Assembly: GCA_963674785.1 (NCBI GenBank)
Contig: OY771555.1
Coordinates: forward strand, 2,144,001 to 2,208,000
Source: Caldisericia bacterium
Lineage (GTDB): Bacteria; Caldisericota; Caldisericia; JAAYUI01
Direction of reading: 5' to 3'
Length of the DNA: 64,000 bases
Shown here: one piece after another, positions 37,623 through 47,110 of the stretch
Layout of the letters: the number at the start of each line of letters is the position of its first letter
Position numbering within the stretch: position 1 is the stretch's first letter
Translations under genes and position numbers: made by a program
The notes under the pieces: model-generated
Told to the model about the DNA's origin: nothing
The model's input: the letters and a program-made list of their open reading frames with translations, nothing else
The model's database searches: none

Positions 37623-38486
37623 TCAGATAGATTCGATAACATTATCAAATATTTTTTCAACTTCTTCTCTTGTTTTTTGGCTTGCTTTCAAGATGCTTCG
37701 ACCTGAAACCATCGCTTTTGTAATAGACTCATCATAAGAAATCCTTCCAAATATTTTGATTCCTTTCTCATTTGCAAATTCTTCAATTCTTTTTGTCATC
37801 TCGGGGTTTAAGTCTGCTTTATTGATAACAACCACCGATGGAATCTTAAAACTCTGTATAAGATCATAAACCCTTTTCATATCGCTGATTCCTGAAACAG
37901 TTGGCTCAGTAACAATTAAAACCAAATCTGCACCCGAAATTGATGCAATAACAGGGCAGCCAATTCCAGGCGGCCCATCAATGATTACCAAATCTTTATC
38001 TTCATTTTTGGCAATAACTCGGGCTCTATTTTTAATAAGATGAACAAGTCTACCGGAGTTTTCGGCACCAATTCCAAGTCTTGCATGAATCATTTTTCCA
38101 TTTTTAATGTCAGAAACGAACCAATCTCCGCGTTTCGGTTCAAACATCTCAATAGCATCAGACTTACAAATAAACTCGCACAACCCACAACCTTCACATG
38201 CAAATTCATCTATAGTATAAATCTCATCAGTAATCTCTACTGCATCAAATCTACAAACATCTCTGCACATTCCACAAGAAATACATTTTTCAGAATTGAT
38301 CTTCGCACAAAAACCACTGAAGAATTCAATCTTCTCCTTTTCGGAAGGGTTCAAAATCATATGAAGATTTGGTGCATCGACATCACAATCAACGATTACA
38401 TGATCTTTTGAAAGAATCGATAACCCAGCTGTTATACTTGTTTTTCCACAACCACCTTTTCCACTTACTATGACTAATTCTTTCAT
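37623..38486 (-). CDS. MinD-superfamily P-loop ATPase with inserted 2[4Fe-4S] ferredoxin domain
   Basis: SGKGGCGKT, DCDVDAPN, CISCGMCRDVC and CEGCGLCEFIC, DGPPGIGCP, VTEPT. Confidence 0.9.
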   Translation of the reverse strand: MKELVIVSGKGGCGKTSITAGLSILSKDHVIVDCDVDAPNLHMILNPSEKEKIEFFSGFCAKINSEKCISCGMCRDVCRFDAVEITDEIYTIDEFACEGCGLCEFICKSDAIEMFEPKRGDWFVSDIKNGKMIHARLGIGAENSGRLVHLIKNRARVIAKNEDKDLVIIDGPPGIGCPVIASISGADLVLIVTEPTVSGISDMKRVYDLIQSFKIPSVVVINKADLNPEMTKRIEEFANEKGIKIFGRISYDESITKAMVSGRSILKASQKTREEVEKIFDNVIESI

Positions 38487-39313
38487 ACCAATCCCACAAT
38501 TCTTTCAAAAAGATTACTGAAAAGATCTTTATATTCAGGCAATTCATTCAAAATTAGTTTTCCCGATGAATAAACTTTTGCAATCCTAAGGTCATTTGGA
38601 ATCTCAGCTAAGACAGGGATATTCTCACCGACACAATGGTTTTTTACATCATCATTGCCGATTCCAGCCCTGTTTATAACAACTGCAAATGAAATTTCCA
38701 TCTCCCTTAACAGATCGATTGAAAGCTTCAAATCATGTAAACCAAAGGGTGTCGGTTCAGTAACAAGAACGACGAAATCCGAACCTGTTACAGTTTCAAC
38801 AACAGGGCATGAAGTACCTGGCGGTGCATCGATTATATTGATGATTTCATCATCAATATAATCTTTGACCTTCGAGATAAGAGCAGGCGTTAATACAACT
38901 CCGATTTCTATTTTTCCCTGAATCAATCTCTTCTTTTCATCACCAAAAAAACTTATCTCGCCTATTTTCTTTTCTGTTGTCGAAATTGCATTTTCAGGGC
39001 AAACAATCCAGCCACCACAACTATGACATAATTCAGAATAAACTTTAACTGAATCAGCAAGAGTTATTATGGCATTATACCTGCAAAAATCACTGCATTT
39101 CCTACACAAAGTACACTTTGTTTGATCAACCTTCGGAATCTCAGTTGAAACAACGGTTTTATTTAGCAATGGGATATCGAGAAAAAGCTTTGAATTAGGT
39201 TCTTCAACATCACAATCCAAAAGCATCGATCTATCGGAAATAGTGGCAAACAAATTGGATGCAACGGTTGTCTTACCCGTTCCACCCTTTCCAGATGCAA
39301 TTGTGATTATCAT
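38483..39313 (-). CDS. MinD-superfamily P-loop ATPase with inserted ferredoxin domain (paralog)
   Basis: ASGKGGTGKT, DCDVEEPN, CTLCRKCSDFC, DAPPGTSCP, VTEPTPFGLHD. Confidence 0.9.
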   Translation of the reverse strand: MIITIASGKGGTGKTTVASNLFATISDRSMLLDCDVEEPNSKLFLDIPLLNKTVVSTEIPKVDQTKCTLCRKCSDFCRYNAIITLADSVKVYSELCHSCGGWIVCPENAISTTEKKIGEISFFGDEKKRLIQGKIEIGVVLTPALISKVKDYIDDEIINIIDAPPGTSCPVVETVTGSDFVVLVTEPTPFGLHDLKLSIDLLREMEISFAVVINRAGIGNDDVKNHCVGENIPVLAEIPNDLRIAKVYSSGKLILNELPEYKDLFSNLFERIVGLV

Positions 39314-39630
39314 CAGTTATTTAGATATTCAGTTAGAGCTTCGGAAATCGTTTTCTTCTGTGTTACAAATGTTTTTACTGAGCTAGCATCGAACACATCC
39401 TTGGCTTTTGGACCAAAGTTTTTTGATACAACAAGATCAACTTTGTAACTCAAAATAAGTTCCGCAGATTTAATACCCACTCCATGTTCATGAACAATAT
39501 TTTTTGAATTATCAATTACTTCAACTTTTTTGGTTTCTGTATCAAAAATCAAAAAACCTTCTGCTCTTCCAAAAACATCTTCCATGTCATCATTTATTGT
39601 TTTGCCTTTTGTAGGAAATGCTATCCTCAT
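39313..39630 (-). CDS. NifB/NifX family (FeMo-cofactor-binding-like) protein
   Basis: MRIAFPT...FGRAEGF..., HGVGI, FGPKA. Confidence 0.85.
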   Translation of the reverse strand: MRIAFPTKGKTINDDMEDVFGRAEGFLIFDTETKKVEVIDNSKNIVHEHGVGIKSAELILSYKVDLVVSKNFGPKAKDVFDASSVKTFVTQKKTISEALTEYLNN

Positions 39631-39684
39631 TTTACCCTCTTTCTACCTATTCAGATATTAATCAATCAATTGCGAATGAAAAAA

Positions 39685-39903
39685 CTACTCTTCCTTGTTT
39701 TTATTCTCGGAATCGTTACCAGTTCTGTTGAATCCAAATCTACCAAAACCTCTTCCAAATCCTCTTCCGAGACCTCTACCCTGTCCAAAACCTCTGCCTC
39801 TTCCAAACATTGGGGAATTTGTCCCGACGTCCTTGCATCTTCCTAAACCTCTTCCTGTCATTGACCCTTTTCCTTCTGGTCCTTTTCCATCAAGTCCTGG
39901 CAT
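39685..39903 (-). CDS. Small Gly/Arg-rich DUF5320-like protein
   Basis: MPGLDGKGPEGKGSMTGRGLGRC plus GRG repeats; SD GAAAGGAG. Confidence 0.8.
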   Translation of the reverse strand: MPGLDGKGPEGKGSMTGRGLGRCKDVGTNSPMFGRGRGFGQGRGLGRGFGRGFGRFGFNRTGNDSENKNKEE

Positions 39904-40091
39904 TTTAGACTCCTTTCGTTTTTTAGTTTGTAGCATATGCTCAATACTTATCTTCCAACTAGAATTCTTATTTACAATTAAATCGCATTTACAAGTTTGT
40001 GATCTTTTTAAGTTTCATATATATTTGTCAATGATTCCCTTGAATATCTGCATGCAAACAATAATATGTGGTCGAAAGGTTGAGGTAATTT

Positions 40092-41384
40092 ATGAAAAGA
40101 ATTTTAGCAAGTGATGCAATTAATCATATTGACGAAGAGATAATTCTTGAAGGTTGGTTACACAATGTCCGTGAGCTTTCAGATTTCTCATTCGTAATAC
40201 TTCGTGATAGAACCGGCACAGTCCAGGGAATAATTGAAAACCCAGACTTCGAAGTCCCAGAACTACATACTGAGTCAATTATCAGACTCAAAGGAAATGT
40301 CATCAAATCAGAATACGCAAAAGCAGGATTTGAAGTAAAAGTAACCGGAATTGAGGTTTTGGTTGATGTCACTGAAGAACCACCAATCCAGTTAAACAAG
40401 AAAAAAGTAAAAGAACATATCGACAGAGTTCTTGACTACAGATATTTCTCACTCAGACACCCATCAATCAAGCCAGTTTTCGAAATCCAGGCAACAATCG
40501 CAAAAGCATTTAGAGACTATCTCTCATCACAGGGATTCACAGAGATAAGAACACCAAAGCTCGTTGCATCTGGAACCGAGGGTGGAGCAAACTTGTTCAA
40601 GGTAGATTACTTCGAAACAAGTGCGTATCTTGCACAGTCACCTCAATTCTACAAACAGATGATGGTTGGGGTTTTCGAGAGGGTTTACGAGGTTGCACCA
40701 GTTTTCAGAGCAGAGCCACACAAAACCTCAAGACATGTGAATGAATACACATCACTCGACCTTGAGATGGGATTCATCAAAGATGAATACGATGTCATGG
40801 ATATCCAAGAAGGAATTCTAAACCAAATGATCTCTGCAGTTAATGAAAACCATGCTGATGCCCTTAAGCTTCTTGGAGCAGAGATTGAAATCCCCGATGA
40901 GATTCCAAGACTTAGAATGTCTGAGGTTCATGAAATCCTTGAAAAAAAATACAAAATCAAATATGAAGATGGTTTCGATATTGACCCTGAGGGTGAAAGA
41001 AAAATCTGTCATTGGTCAAAGAAAAATCACAACTCAGATTTCGTGTTTATCACCGGATACCCAACCAAAAAACGTCCAATGTATACCATGCCAAACCTCG
41101 ACCTACCAGGCGAAACAAGAGGATTTGACCTTATCTATCGTGGAACTGAAATCACAACAGGTGGACAGAGGATTCACAAACATGATATGCTCGAACAAAA
41201 CATTCGTGATTTCGGCATGAATCCAGATGATTTCACTTTCTATACTGATGTTTTCAAATATGGAATTCCTCCACATGGTGGACTCGCAATGGGACTTGAA
41301 AGGGTGACATGTCAGATGCTTGGACTCCAAAACATTAGAGAAGGTGTCTTGTTCCCAAGAGACCTTGAGCGTCTAACCCCATAA
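40092..41384 (+). CDS. aspS: Aspartate--tRNA ligase, short archaeal/eukaryal type
   Basis: 430 aa with no GAD insert; YLAQSPQFYKQ, FRAEP, EITTGGQRIH, PPHGGLAMGLER, LFPRD. Confidence 0.93.
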   Translation: MKRILASDAINHIDEEIILEGWLHNVRELSDFSFVILRDRTGTVQGIIENPDFEVPELHTESIIRLKGNVIKSEYAKAGFEVKVTGIEVLVDVTEEPPIQLNKKKVKEHIDRVLDYRYFSLRHPSIKPVFEIQATIAKAFRDYLSSQGFTEIRTPKLVASGTEGGANLFKVDYFETSAYLAQSPQFYKQMMVGVFERVYEVAPVFRAEPHKTSRHVNEYTSLDLEMGFIKDEYDVMDIQEGILNQMISAVNENHADALKLLGAEIEIPDEIPRLRMSEVHEILEKKYKIKYEDGFDIDPEGERKICHWSKKNHNSDFVFITGYPTKKRPMYTMPNLDLPGETRGFDLIYRGTEITTGGQRIHKHDMLEQNIRDFGMNPDDFTFYTDVFKYGIPPHGGLAMGLERVTCQMLGLQNIREGVLFPRDLERLTP

Positions 41385-41386
41385 AA

Positions 41387-42652
41387 ATGTCACCATCGTT
41401 TTTTATTCACACACTGGGATGTCAGATGAATAAATCTGATTCAGAATTTTATTCATCCATCCTTGAGTCAAGCGGGTACACACTCAGTGAGATTGATGAA
41501 ACCGCTGATATTGTGATGATTAATACCTGTGCCGTTCGTGAAGCATCAGTTCACAAGATGGATTCAAAGATCGGGGAATGGGCAGCAAAAAGACGTAAAA
41601 CTGGTAAACCAAGTAAAATCGGTGTAATCGGTTGTGTACCAAAGATTGATATGGAAGTGTTTGAGAAAGAACACCGAGAAGTTGACTTTGTGCTTGGCAC
41701 ATATCCTGATAAAGAATCAATGAAAAATGCAATCATTTCAGAGCTTTCACTTCACGTTGATGATTATCAGTTTTCAGATAATTCGATCTCTGCATATGTG
41801 CCAATAACATCTGGTTGTAATTGTTTCTGCACATACTGCATAGTCCCCTACACAAGAGGAAGACTGGTTTCCAGAGAAAAAGAAGAAATCCTATCTGACA
41901 TCAAAAAACGCTTGAAAAAAGGTGCCGTTGAGATTGTGCTTCTTGGTCAGAATGTAAATGAATTCAATCTCGACAAAGGTGATAAGCATGGCTTCATAAA
42001 GCTCCTCGAAGAAATAGATGAAATTCCAGGTATCAAAAGGCTCCGATTCATCACAAGCCATCCAAAAGACATGGATGATGAAACAATCATCAGGATGTCA
42101 AAACTAAAAACTCTCGCACCATATTTTCATCTTCCAGTTCAAGCTGGTTCAAATGAAATCCTCCGACGAATGGCAAGGGGATACACAAGAGAAAAATATC
42201 TTCATCTGGTTGACATGATAAGAAAACATTTCCCAGTTTCAGCAATCACAACCGATGTTATCGTCGGGTTTCCAGGTGAAACAGAGGAACAGTTCCAGGA
42301 AACTTTGTCTCTCATGGACGAAGTAAAATTTGACCAGTTGTTCTGTGCAATGTATTCACCAAGACCACTTACTCCTGCTGGAAAATATGATGGAAGGTGC
42401 AGCAAAGAAGAACTTCACAGAAGAATTAATCTGGTGCTTGATAAACAAAAAGAGATTGGTGCAGAAATATCAAAAAGTTACAATGGAGTCATTTCAGAGG
42501 TGTTAACTGAAAAACACGAAGACGGAAACACAATCGGGATAAATGAACGTGGTAGATTTGTTGATATAGCCGGAATCCATCCTCTTGGTGAAATAGTCAA
42601 AGCAAAAATCTCATCCGTATCTGGAAGATTGAAAGGTGAGATAATTAAATGA
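41387..42652 (+). CDS. miaB: tRNA methylthiotransferase MiaB
   Basis: TLGCQMN, NTCAVRE, GCNCFCTYCIVP, LLGQNVN, TSHP, DVIVGFPGET. Confidence 0.88.
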   Translation: MSPSFFIHTLGCQMNKSDSEFYSSILESSGYTLSEIDETADIVMINTCAVREASVHKMDSKIGEWAAKRRKTGKPSKIGVIGCVPKIDMEVFEKEHREVDFVLGTYPDKESMKNAIISELSLHVDDYQFSDNSISAYVPITSGCNCFCTYCIVPYTRGRLVSREKEEILSDIKKRLKKGAVEIVLLGQNVNEFNLDKGDKHGFIKLLEEIDEIPGIKRLRFITSHPKDMDDETIIRMSKLKTLAPYFHLPVQAGSNEILRRMARGYTREKYLHLVDMIRKHFPVSAITTDVIVGFPGETEEQFQETLSLMDEVKFDQLFCAMYSPRPLTPAGKYDGRCSKEELHRRINLVLDKQKEIGAEISKSYNGVISEVLTEKHEDGNTIGINERGRFVDIAGIHPLGEIVKAKISSVSGRLKGEIIK

Positions 42653-43866
42653 ATGCTAAGATAAGAGAATTCATAAAAGAGGCAGAAACCGAATTATCAG
42701 AAATCTTTGATGAGATCGACGAGATAGCTGACAACAACCTTGAGAAAGTTATCGCAGCATTCAACCTTGTAGGAATCTCATCAGGTGATCTTGCCGGATC
42801 ATCCGGTTACGGACTTGGAGACATTTCAAGAGACAAACTAGAAAGGATATACTCTTATATCTTTGGTACAGAGAGTTCACTTGTTAGGCCTCAAATCGCA
42901 TCTGGAACTCACGCCATCACATGTGCATTGTTTGGTTTACTTAGACCTGGTGATAGAATGGTTTCGATCACCGGAAGACCATATGACACCCTAGAGGAAG
43001 TCATCGGAATCAGAAAATCAGTTGGCTCATTATCTGAATTTGGAATCTCCTATAGTGAGATTGACTGGAGATATGATTCAAACGCTGATCTTCTTGATGA
43101 CCCAACAAAAATCGTTTATATCCAAAGGTCATCAGGTTACAGACCTGGCCCGTCTGTTACAATCGATGAGCTTTCAAACTGGATAAGTAGAATAAGAGTC
43201 CGAGCTCCACAAGCAATAATTGTTGTCGACAACTGCTACTGCGAATTTGTTTCAAACATTGAACCCGGGCACATCGAAGCAGATGTGGTAATTGGGTCGC
43301 TAATAAAAAACCCTGGTGGCGGAATTGCAAAAACCGGTGGCTACATAACCGGCAAAAAAGAATTTATTGAAAAAATTGCAACAAGGGTTACCGCTCCTGG
43401 AGTTGGAGCCGAGATTGGTGCTACATGGGGATTTATGGAATCGGCTTTGATGGGTATCTATCATGCACCATCTGCTATATCGAGTGCGTTAAAATCAGCA
43501 TTCCTCTTTTCATCATGCTTGAAGAAATTGGGATTTAAAATCTATCCTGACATAACGCAAGGAAGAGCTGATATTGTAACCTCAATTGAACTTGGAAGTC
43601 GTGAAAAATTCATTGAGTTTGGTAAAGCTATACAAAGCGTTTCCCCAATTGATGGGAACGCAACACCAGAGCCATTTGCACAAGGCGGATATGAATCAGA
43701 CGTTCTTCTTGCTGGAGGTGGATTTGTTGCTGGTTCTACGCTTGAACTTTCTTGCGATGGTCTTGATGAAGACCCATTCATCATGTACATTCAAGGGGGA
43801 ATAAACATGAATCATGCAAGGCTTGGTCTTTCAAAAGTCATCGAGGTACTCACAAATAACCCATGA
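42649..43866 (+). CDS. PLP-dependent methionine gamma-lyase-like/aluminium-resistance family protein (YnbB-like)
   Basis: SGTHAI, GRPYDTLEEVIG, QRSSGY, VDNCY, GSLIKNPGGG. Confidence 0.9.
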   Translation: MNAKIREFIKEAETELSEIFDEIDEIADNNLEKVIAAFNLVGISSGDLAGSSGYGLGDISRDKLERIYSYIFGTESSLVRPQIASGTHAITCALFGLLRPGDRMVSITGRPYDTLEEVIGIRKSVGSLSEFGISYSEIDWRYDSNADLLDDPTKIVYIQRSSGYRPGPSVTIDELSNWISRIRVRAPQAIIVVDNCYCEFVSNIEPGHIEADVVIGSLIKNPGGGIAKTGGYITGKKEFIEKIATRVTAPGVGAEIGATWGFMESALMGIYHAPSAISSALKSAFLFSSCLKKLGFKIYPDITQGRADIVTSIELGSREKFIEFGKAIQSVSPIDGNATPEPFAQGGYESDVLLAGGGFVAGSTLELSCDGLDEDPFIMYIQGGINMNHARLGLSKVIEVLTNNP

Positions 43867-44258
43867 CAGAACTTAGAGTTAAAACATCAAATCGAACAGA
43901 GTTTATAGACATAACTGCAAAACTAGAGAATATCTGTTCAGAAAACTGTTGGAAAGACGGCATAATCACTATCTTTGTCCCTCATACAACATGTGGAATC
44001 ACAATAAATGAAAATGCTGATCCAGATGTAAAAACTGATATGATAGATTTTTTGAATAGACTTGTTCCAAATCTTCCAGAATTTAAACATTTTGAGGGCA
44101 ATTCTGATGCACACATCAAAGCAAGCATGATGGGTTCATCGGTAAATATTATTATTAAGGATGGAAAACTAAAACTTGGAAGATGGCAAGCAGTTTATCT
44201 TGCTGAATTTGATGGAGCAAGGGAAAGAAATATATGGATAAAGTTTCTCACGGACTAA
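43863..44258 (+). CDS. yjbQ: YjbQ/UPF0047 family protein
   Basis: PHTTCGITINENADPDV, HFEGNSDAHIK, LGRWQ..LAEFDG. Confidence 0.92.
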   Translation: MTELRVKTSNRTEFIDITAKLENICSENCWKDGIITIFVPHTTCGITINENADPDVKTDMIDFLNRLVPNLPEFKHFEGNSDAHIKASMMGSSVNIIIKDGKLKLGRWQAVYLAEFDGARERNIWIKFLTD

Positions 44259-44848
44259 CACTTGGTATCCTTTCTGTGGCTCAACCACAATACGTGTTTC
44301 TCGCTGAAAATGGAAGGATTCTCATAGAAAAAGAGATAAAAAGGACAAGACTGACTGGCAACAGAATTATACCAAGTATCAAGTCATGTCTTGATGAAAT
44401 AAATAGTAGCATAAAATCGATCGACACATTCATGGCGTTATCTGGTCCGGGTAGTATGACCGGCATCAGGGCTGGACTTGCCCCAATAAGGGCATGGGGA
44501 TATGTATCAAACAAAAACGTCTTGCTTTTACCAACTCTCTCAGTTCTAGCATATGGGTTTGAAAAACCTGTTCTTGCATTAATGGCTGCAGGTAAAGATA
44601 AATGGTGGGGACAAGCTTTTTCGGGTGATATGAAAGATACCCCAAGAATCATGGATGAAGAAAAGTTAAAAGACTACGATAATTGCGATTGGACATGGAT
44701 TTCTCCCGCAAAGGTTGAACCCAAACAAGCAAGCGTCATAAAACATTTTCCAATCCCGAAACAAGTTATATCAATAATGGATGATTATGAATCAACAAGC
44801 TGGATGAGAGCTTTACCGCAATACCTTTTCGAAATCACAAATGATTGA
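44234..44848 (+). CDS. tsaB: t6A biosynthesis protein TsaB (divergent)
   Basis: SGPGSMTGIRAG motif, PTL, LPQY; precedes rimI-tsaD. Confidence 0.8.
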   Translation: MDKVSHGLTLGILSVAQPQYVFLAENGRILIEKEIKRTRLTGNRIIPSIKSCLDEINSSIKSIDTFMALSGPGSMTGIRAGLAPIRAWGYVSNKNVLLLPTLSVLAYGFEKPVLALMAAGKDKWWGQAFSGDMKDTPRIMDEEKLKDYDNCDWTWISPAKVEPKQASVIKHFPIPKQVISIMDDYESTSWMRALPQYLFEITND

Positions 44849-45296
44849 CGGATTGACAATTAGAAAAGGGGAAGAGGAAGATTTTGAAAGCGTATACGAA
44901 ATCGAGAGCATTTGTTATGACTTCCCCTGGGGAAGCGGAGAGTTTTATGATGATTTCGTTTGGAACAGACGTGGATATTGGATTGTTGCAGAGATTAAAA
45001 ACCAGGTTATCGGATTCGCTGGGATATGGTTTAAGCTTGGGGAGTTTCATATCGTTAATCTCGCCGTTTTACCAGAAAAAAGAAGGATGGGGATTGGGAA
45101 TGCACTTGTTTCAGAACTTATCTCTTTTGCAAAAAAATCAAAAGGTAGGTACATCTTTCTCGAAGTTGAAGATGAGAACACAAACGCAATTGAACTTTAC
45201 AAGGGATTTGGCTTTAGGGTGATAAGAAGAATTGAAGGGTACTATGCCGAAAATGGCAAATCCGCCTTACTTATGATTAAGGAATTAAACAAATGA
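44841..45296 (+). CDS. rimI: Ribosomal-protein-alanine N-acetyltransferase
   Basis: PW, NLAVLPEKRRMGIG, LEV..NTNAIELY, YY; tsaB-rimI-tsaD context. Confidence 0.88.
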   Translation: MIDGLTIRKGEEEDFESVYEIESICYDFPWGSGEFYDDFVWNRRGYWIVAEIKNQVIGFAGIWFKLGEFHIVNLAVLPEKRRMGIGNALVSELISFAKKSKGRYIFLEVEDENTNAIELYKGFGFRVIRRIEGYYAENGKSALLMIKELNK

Positions 45297-46288
45297 TTTC
45301 ACTAGGAATAGAAACATCTTGCGACGATACCGCCGTTGGGATTGTTGATGGAAACGAGATACTCGCACAAGTCAGGTCATCTCAAGACCGAGTACATTCA
45401 AAATGGGGAGGCATTGTCCCAGAACTTGCCTCGAGAGCTCATCTCGAAAACATGATCCCTGTTATTGATATTGCACTTCGCGATGCAAAAACATCCATAG
45501 ATGACATTGACATTATATCTTGTACATATGGACCAGGTCTTGTTGGTTCACTTTTGGTGGGCATAGAAACCGCAAAAGCTTTGAGTCTTATATGGGAAAA
45601 ACCACTTGTAGGCGTTAACCATCTCAGGGGGCATGTTTCAGCTGCAATGCTTGCACACCCTGATATTGAGCTTCCATCTCTGGGGCTTTTAATTTCGGGT
45701 GGGCATACTGAAATAATCAAATTCAATCCAGATTTCACACTGGAACTGATCTCTGGGACAAGAGATGACGCAGTTGGTGAAACACTTGACAAATTTGGAA
45801 GGGTGCTTGGGCTCGAATACCCTGCAGGACCAGAGATTGATAGAATGTCATTCATAGGAGATTCTTCAAAGGTAAAATTTCCAACGGTTAAGCTGAAAGA
45901 TGATAGTCTGGATTTCAGTTTTTCAGGGCTTAAGACATCAGGGATAAGAGCAATTGAAAAATATCCCGAACTTTCGAAAGAAGATCTTGCATCATCTTTT
46001 ATGAAAGCGCTTACTGATCAACTGCTTGATCGATTGATGACTGCAACAATCAAAATAAAACCTAAATCAATTTTTGCCGTTGGTGGAGTCTCAGCGAGTA
46101 GATACATCGCTTCGAGATTGGAAAGCTTTTCCGCAACATTTAGTCTTCCACTCCACATTCCACCCCCCTCTCTTTGCACTGACAATGGAGCGATGATAGC
46201 TTACTGCGGACTTTTGTATTACAAGTTTGGTATAAAGTCGGGGCTTGGACTCCAGCCAATTTCACGTCTTTCGCTTGATTCAGTTTAG
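45293..46288 (+). CDS. tsaD: tRNA N6-adenosine threonylcarbamoyltransferase
   Basis: GIETSCDDT, GGIVPELASRAH, NHLRGH, SGGHT, DDAVGE, FSFSGLKT, TDNGAMIA. Confidence 0.97.
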   Translation: MISLGIETSCDDTAVGIVDGNEILAQVRSSQDRVHSKWGGIVPELASRAHLENMIPVIDIALRDAKTSIDDIDIISCTYGPGLVGSLLVGIETAKALSLIWEKPLVGVNHLRGHVSAAMLAHPDIELPSLGLLISGGHTEIIKFNPDFTLELISGTRDDAVGETLDKFGRVLGLEYPAGPEIDRMSFIGDSSKVKFPTVKLKDDSLDFSFSGLKTSGIRAIEKYPELSKEDLASSFMKALTDQLLDRLMTATIKIKPKSIFAVGGVSASRYIASRLESFSATFSLPLHIPPPSLCTDNGAMIAYCGLLYYKFGIKSGLGLQPISRLSLDSV

Positions 46289-46358
46289 CCCGTCGCCAAA
46301 GGATATATTGACAACAAGATTTGTAAGGTTAAACTGTATAGAAACAAGGAGGCTTGTG

Positions 46359-47108
46359 ATGAGCGAGAAAGCCAAAAAAGAGAAAAAGAGAATACTTATC
46401 ATTGAAGATGAATACAGGATCGTTGAGTCATTAAAGTTTAATCTTGAAGGTGAAAACTATATTGTTCACCATGCCTCACTTGGTAAAGAAGGACTTGAAC
46501 TCTTCAGAAGAAGGAAACCTGACCTTATTTTGCTTGACCTAATGCTCCCAGAGGGTCAAAGTGGAATTGACATCCTAAGAGAAATTAGACAAGAGGATTC
46601 AAACATCCCAGTAATCATTATTACCGCAAAAACAACCGAGATTGATGAGGTTGTCGGAATGGAAATGGAAGCGGATGATTACATCACAAAACCATTCTCA
46701 ATGGCAGTCTTAAAATCTCATATCAAAAGACGACTCAAGGTTGCCGAACACAAGGGCACCACTGAAGAAAAAGAAAAAGAACCCAAAGAGATCGATATCG
46801 GGGACATATACATGAACTACGCACAACGTGAGTGCAAAATCAAAGGAAGACCGGTCAAGCTTGGTTATAAGGAATTTGAGATTCTTTGGTATCTTGCCAA
46901 TAATCCAAATCAGGTTTTCAAACGTGAGCAGATCATGGAAGAGGTTTGGCAGGTTGACCAGCCACTTGATACAAAAACCGTTGATGTTCATATTAGATGG
47001 ATTAGAAAAAAGATTGAGCCAAAACCAGACACACCCAGATATATTGAGACAGTTAGAGGTGTAGGATATAAATTCAGCTCCTCCCATCAGGACAAGGAGA
47101 CCGATTAG
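46359..47108 (+). CDS. OmpR/PhoB-family response regulator
   Basis: IEDE, LDLMLP, DDYITKPF, TVDVHIRWIRKKIE, ETVRGVGY; upstream TTGACA-16-TAAACT and SD AAGGAGG. Confidence 0.94.
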   Translation: MSEKAKKEKKRILIIEDEYRIVESLKFNLEGENYIVHHASLGKEGLELFRRRKPDLILLDLMLPEGQSGIDILREIRQEDSNIPVIIITAKTTEIDEVVGMEMEADDYITKPFSMAVLKSHIKRRLKVAEHKGTTEEKEKEPKEIDIGDIYMNYAQRECKIKGRPVKLGYKEFEILWYLANNPNQVFKREQIMEEVWQVDQPLDTKTVDVHIRWIRKKIEPKPDTPRYIETVRGVGYKFSSSHQDKETD

Positions 47109-47110
47109 CT

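Noticed and set aside
39740-39860. Short imperfect repeats (CCTCTTCC/CCAAAACC)
   Set aside because: They encode the GRG/GFG low-complexity tract of the DUF5320-like protein; this is not a CRISPR or DNA-level repeat.
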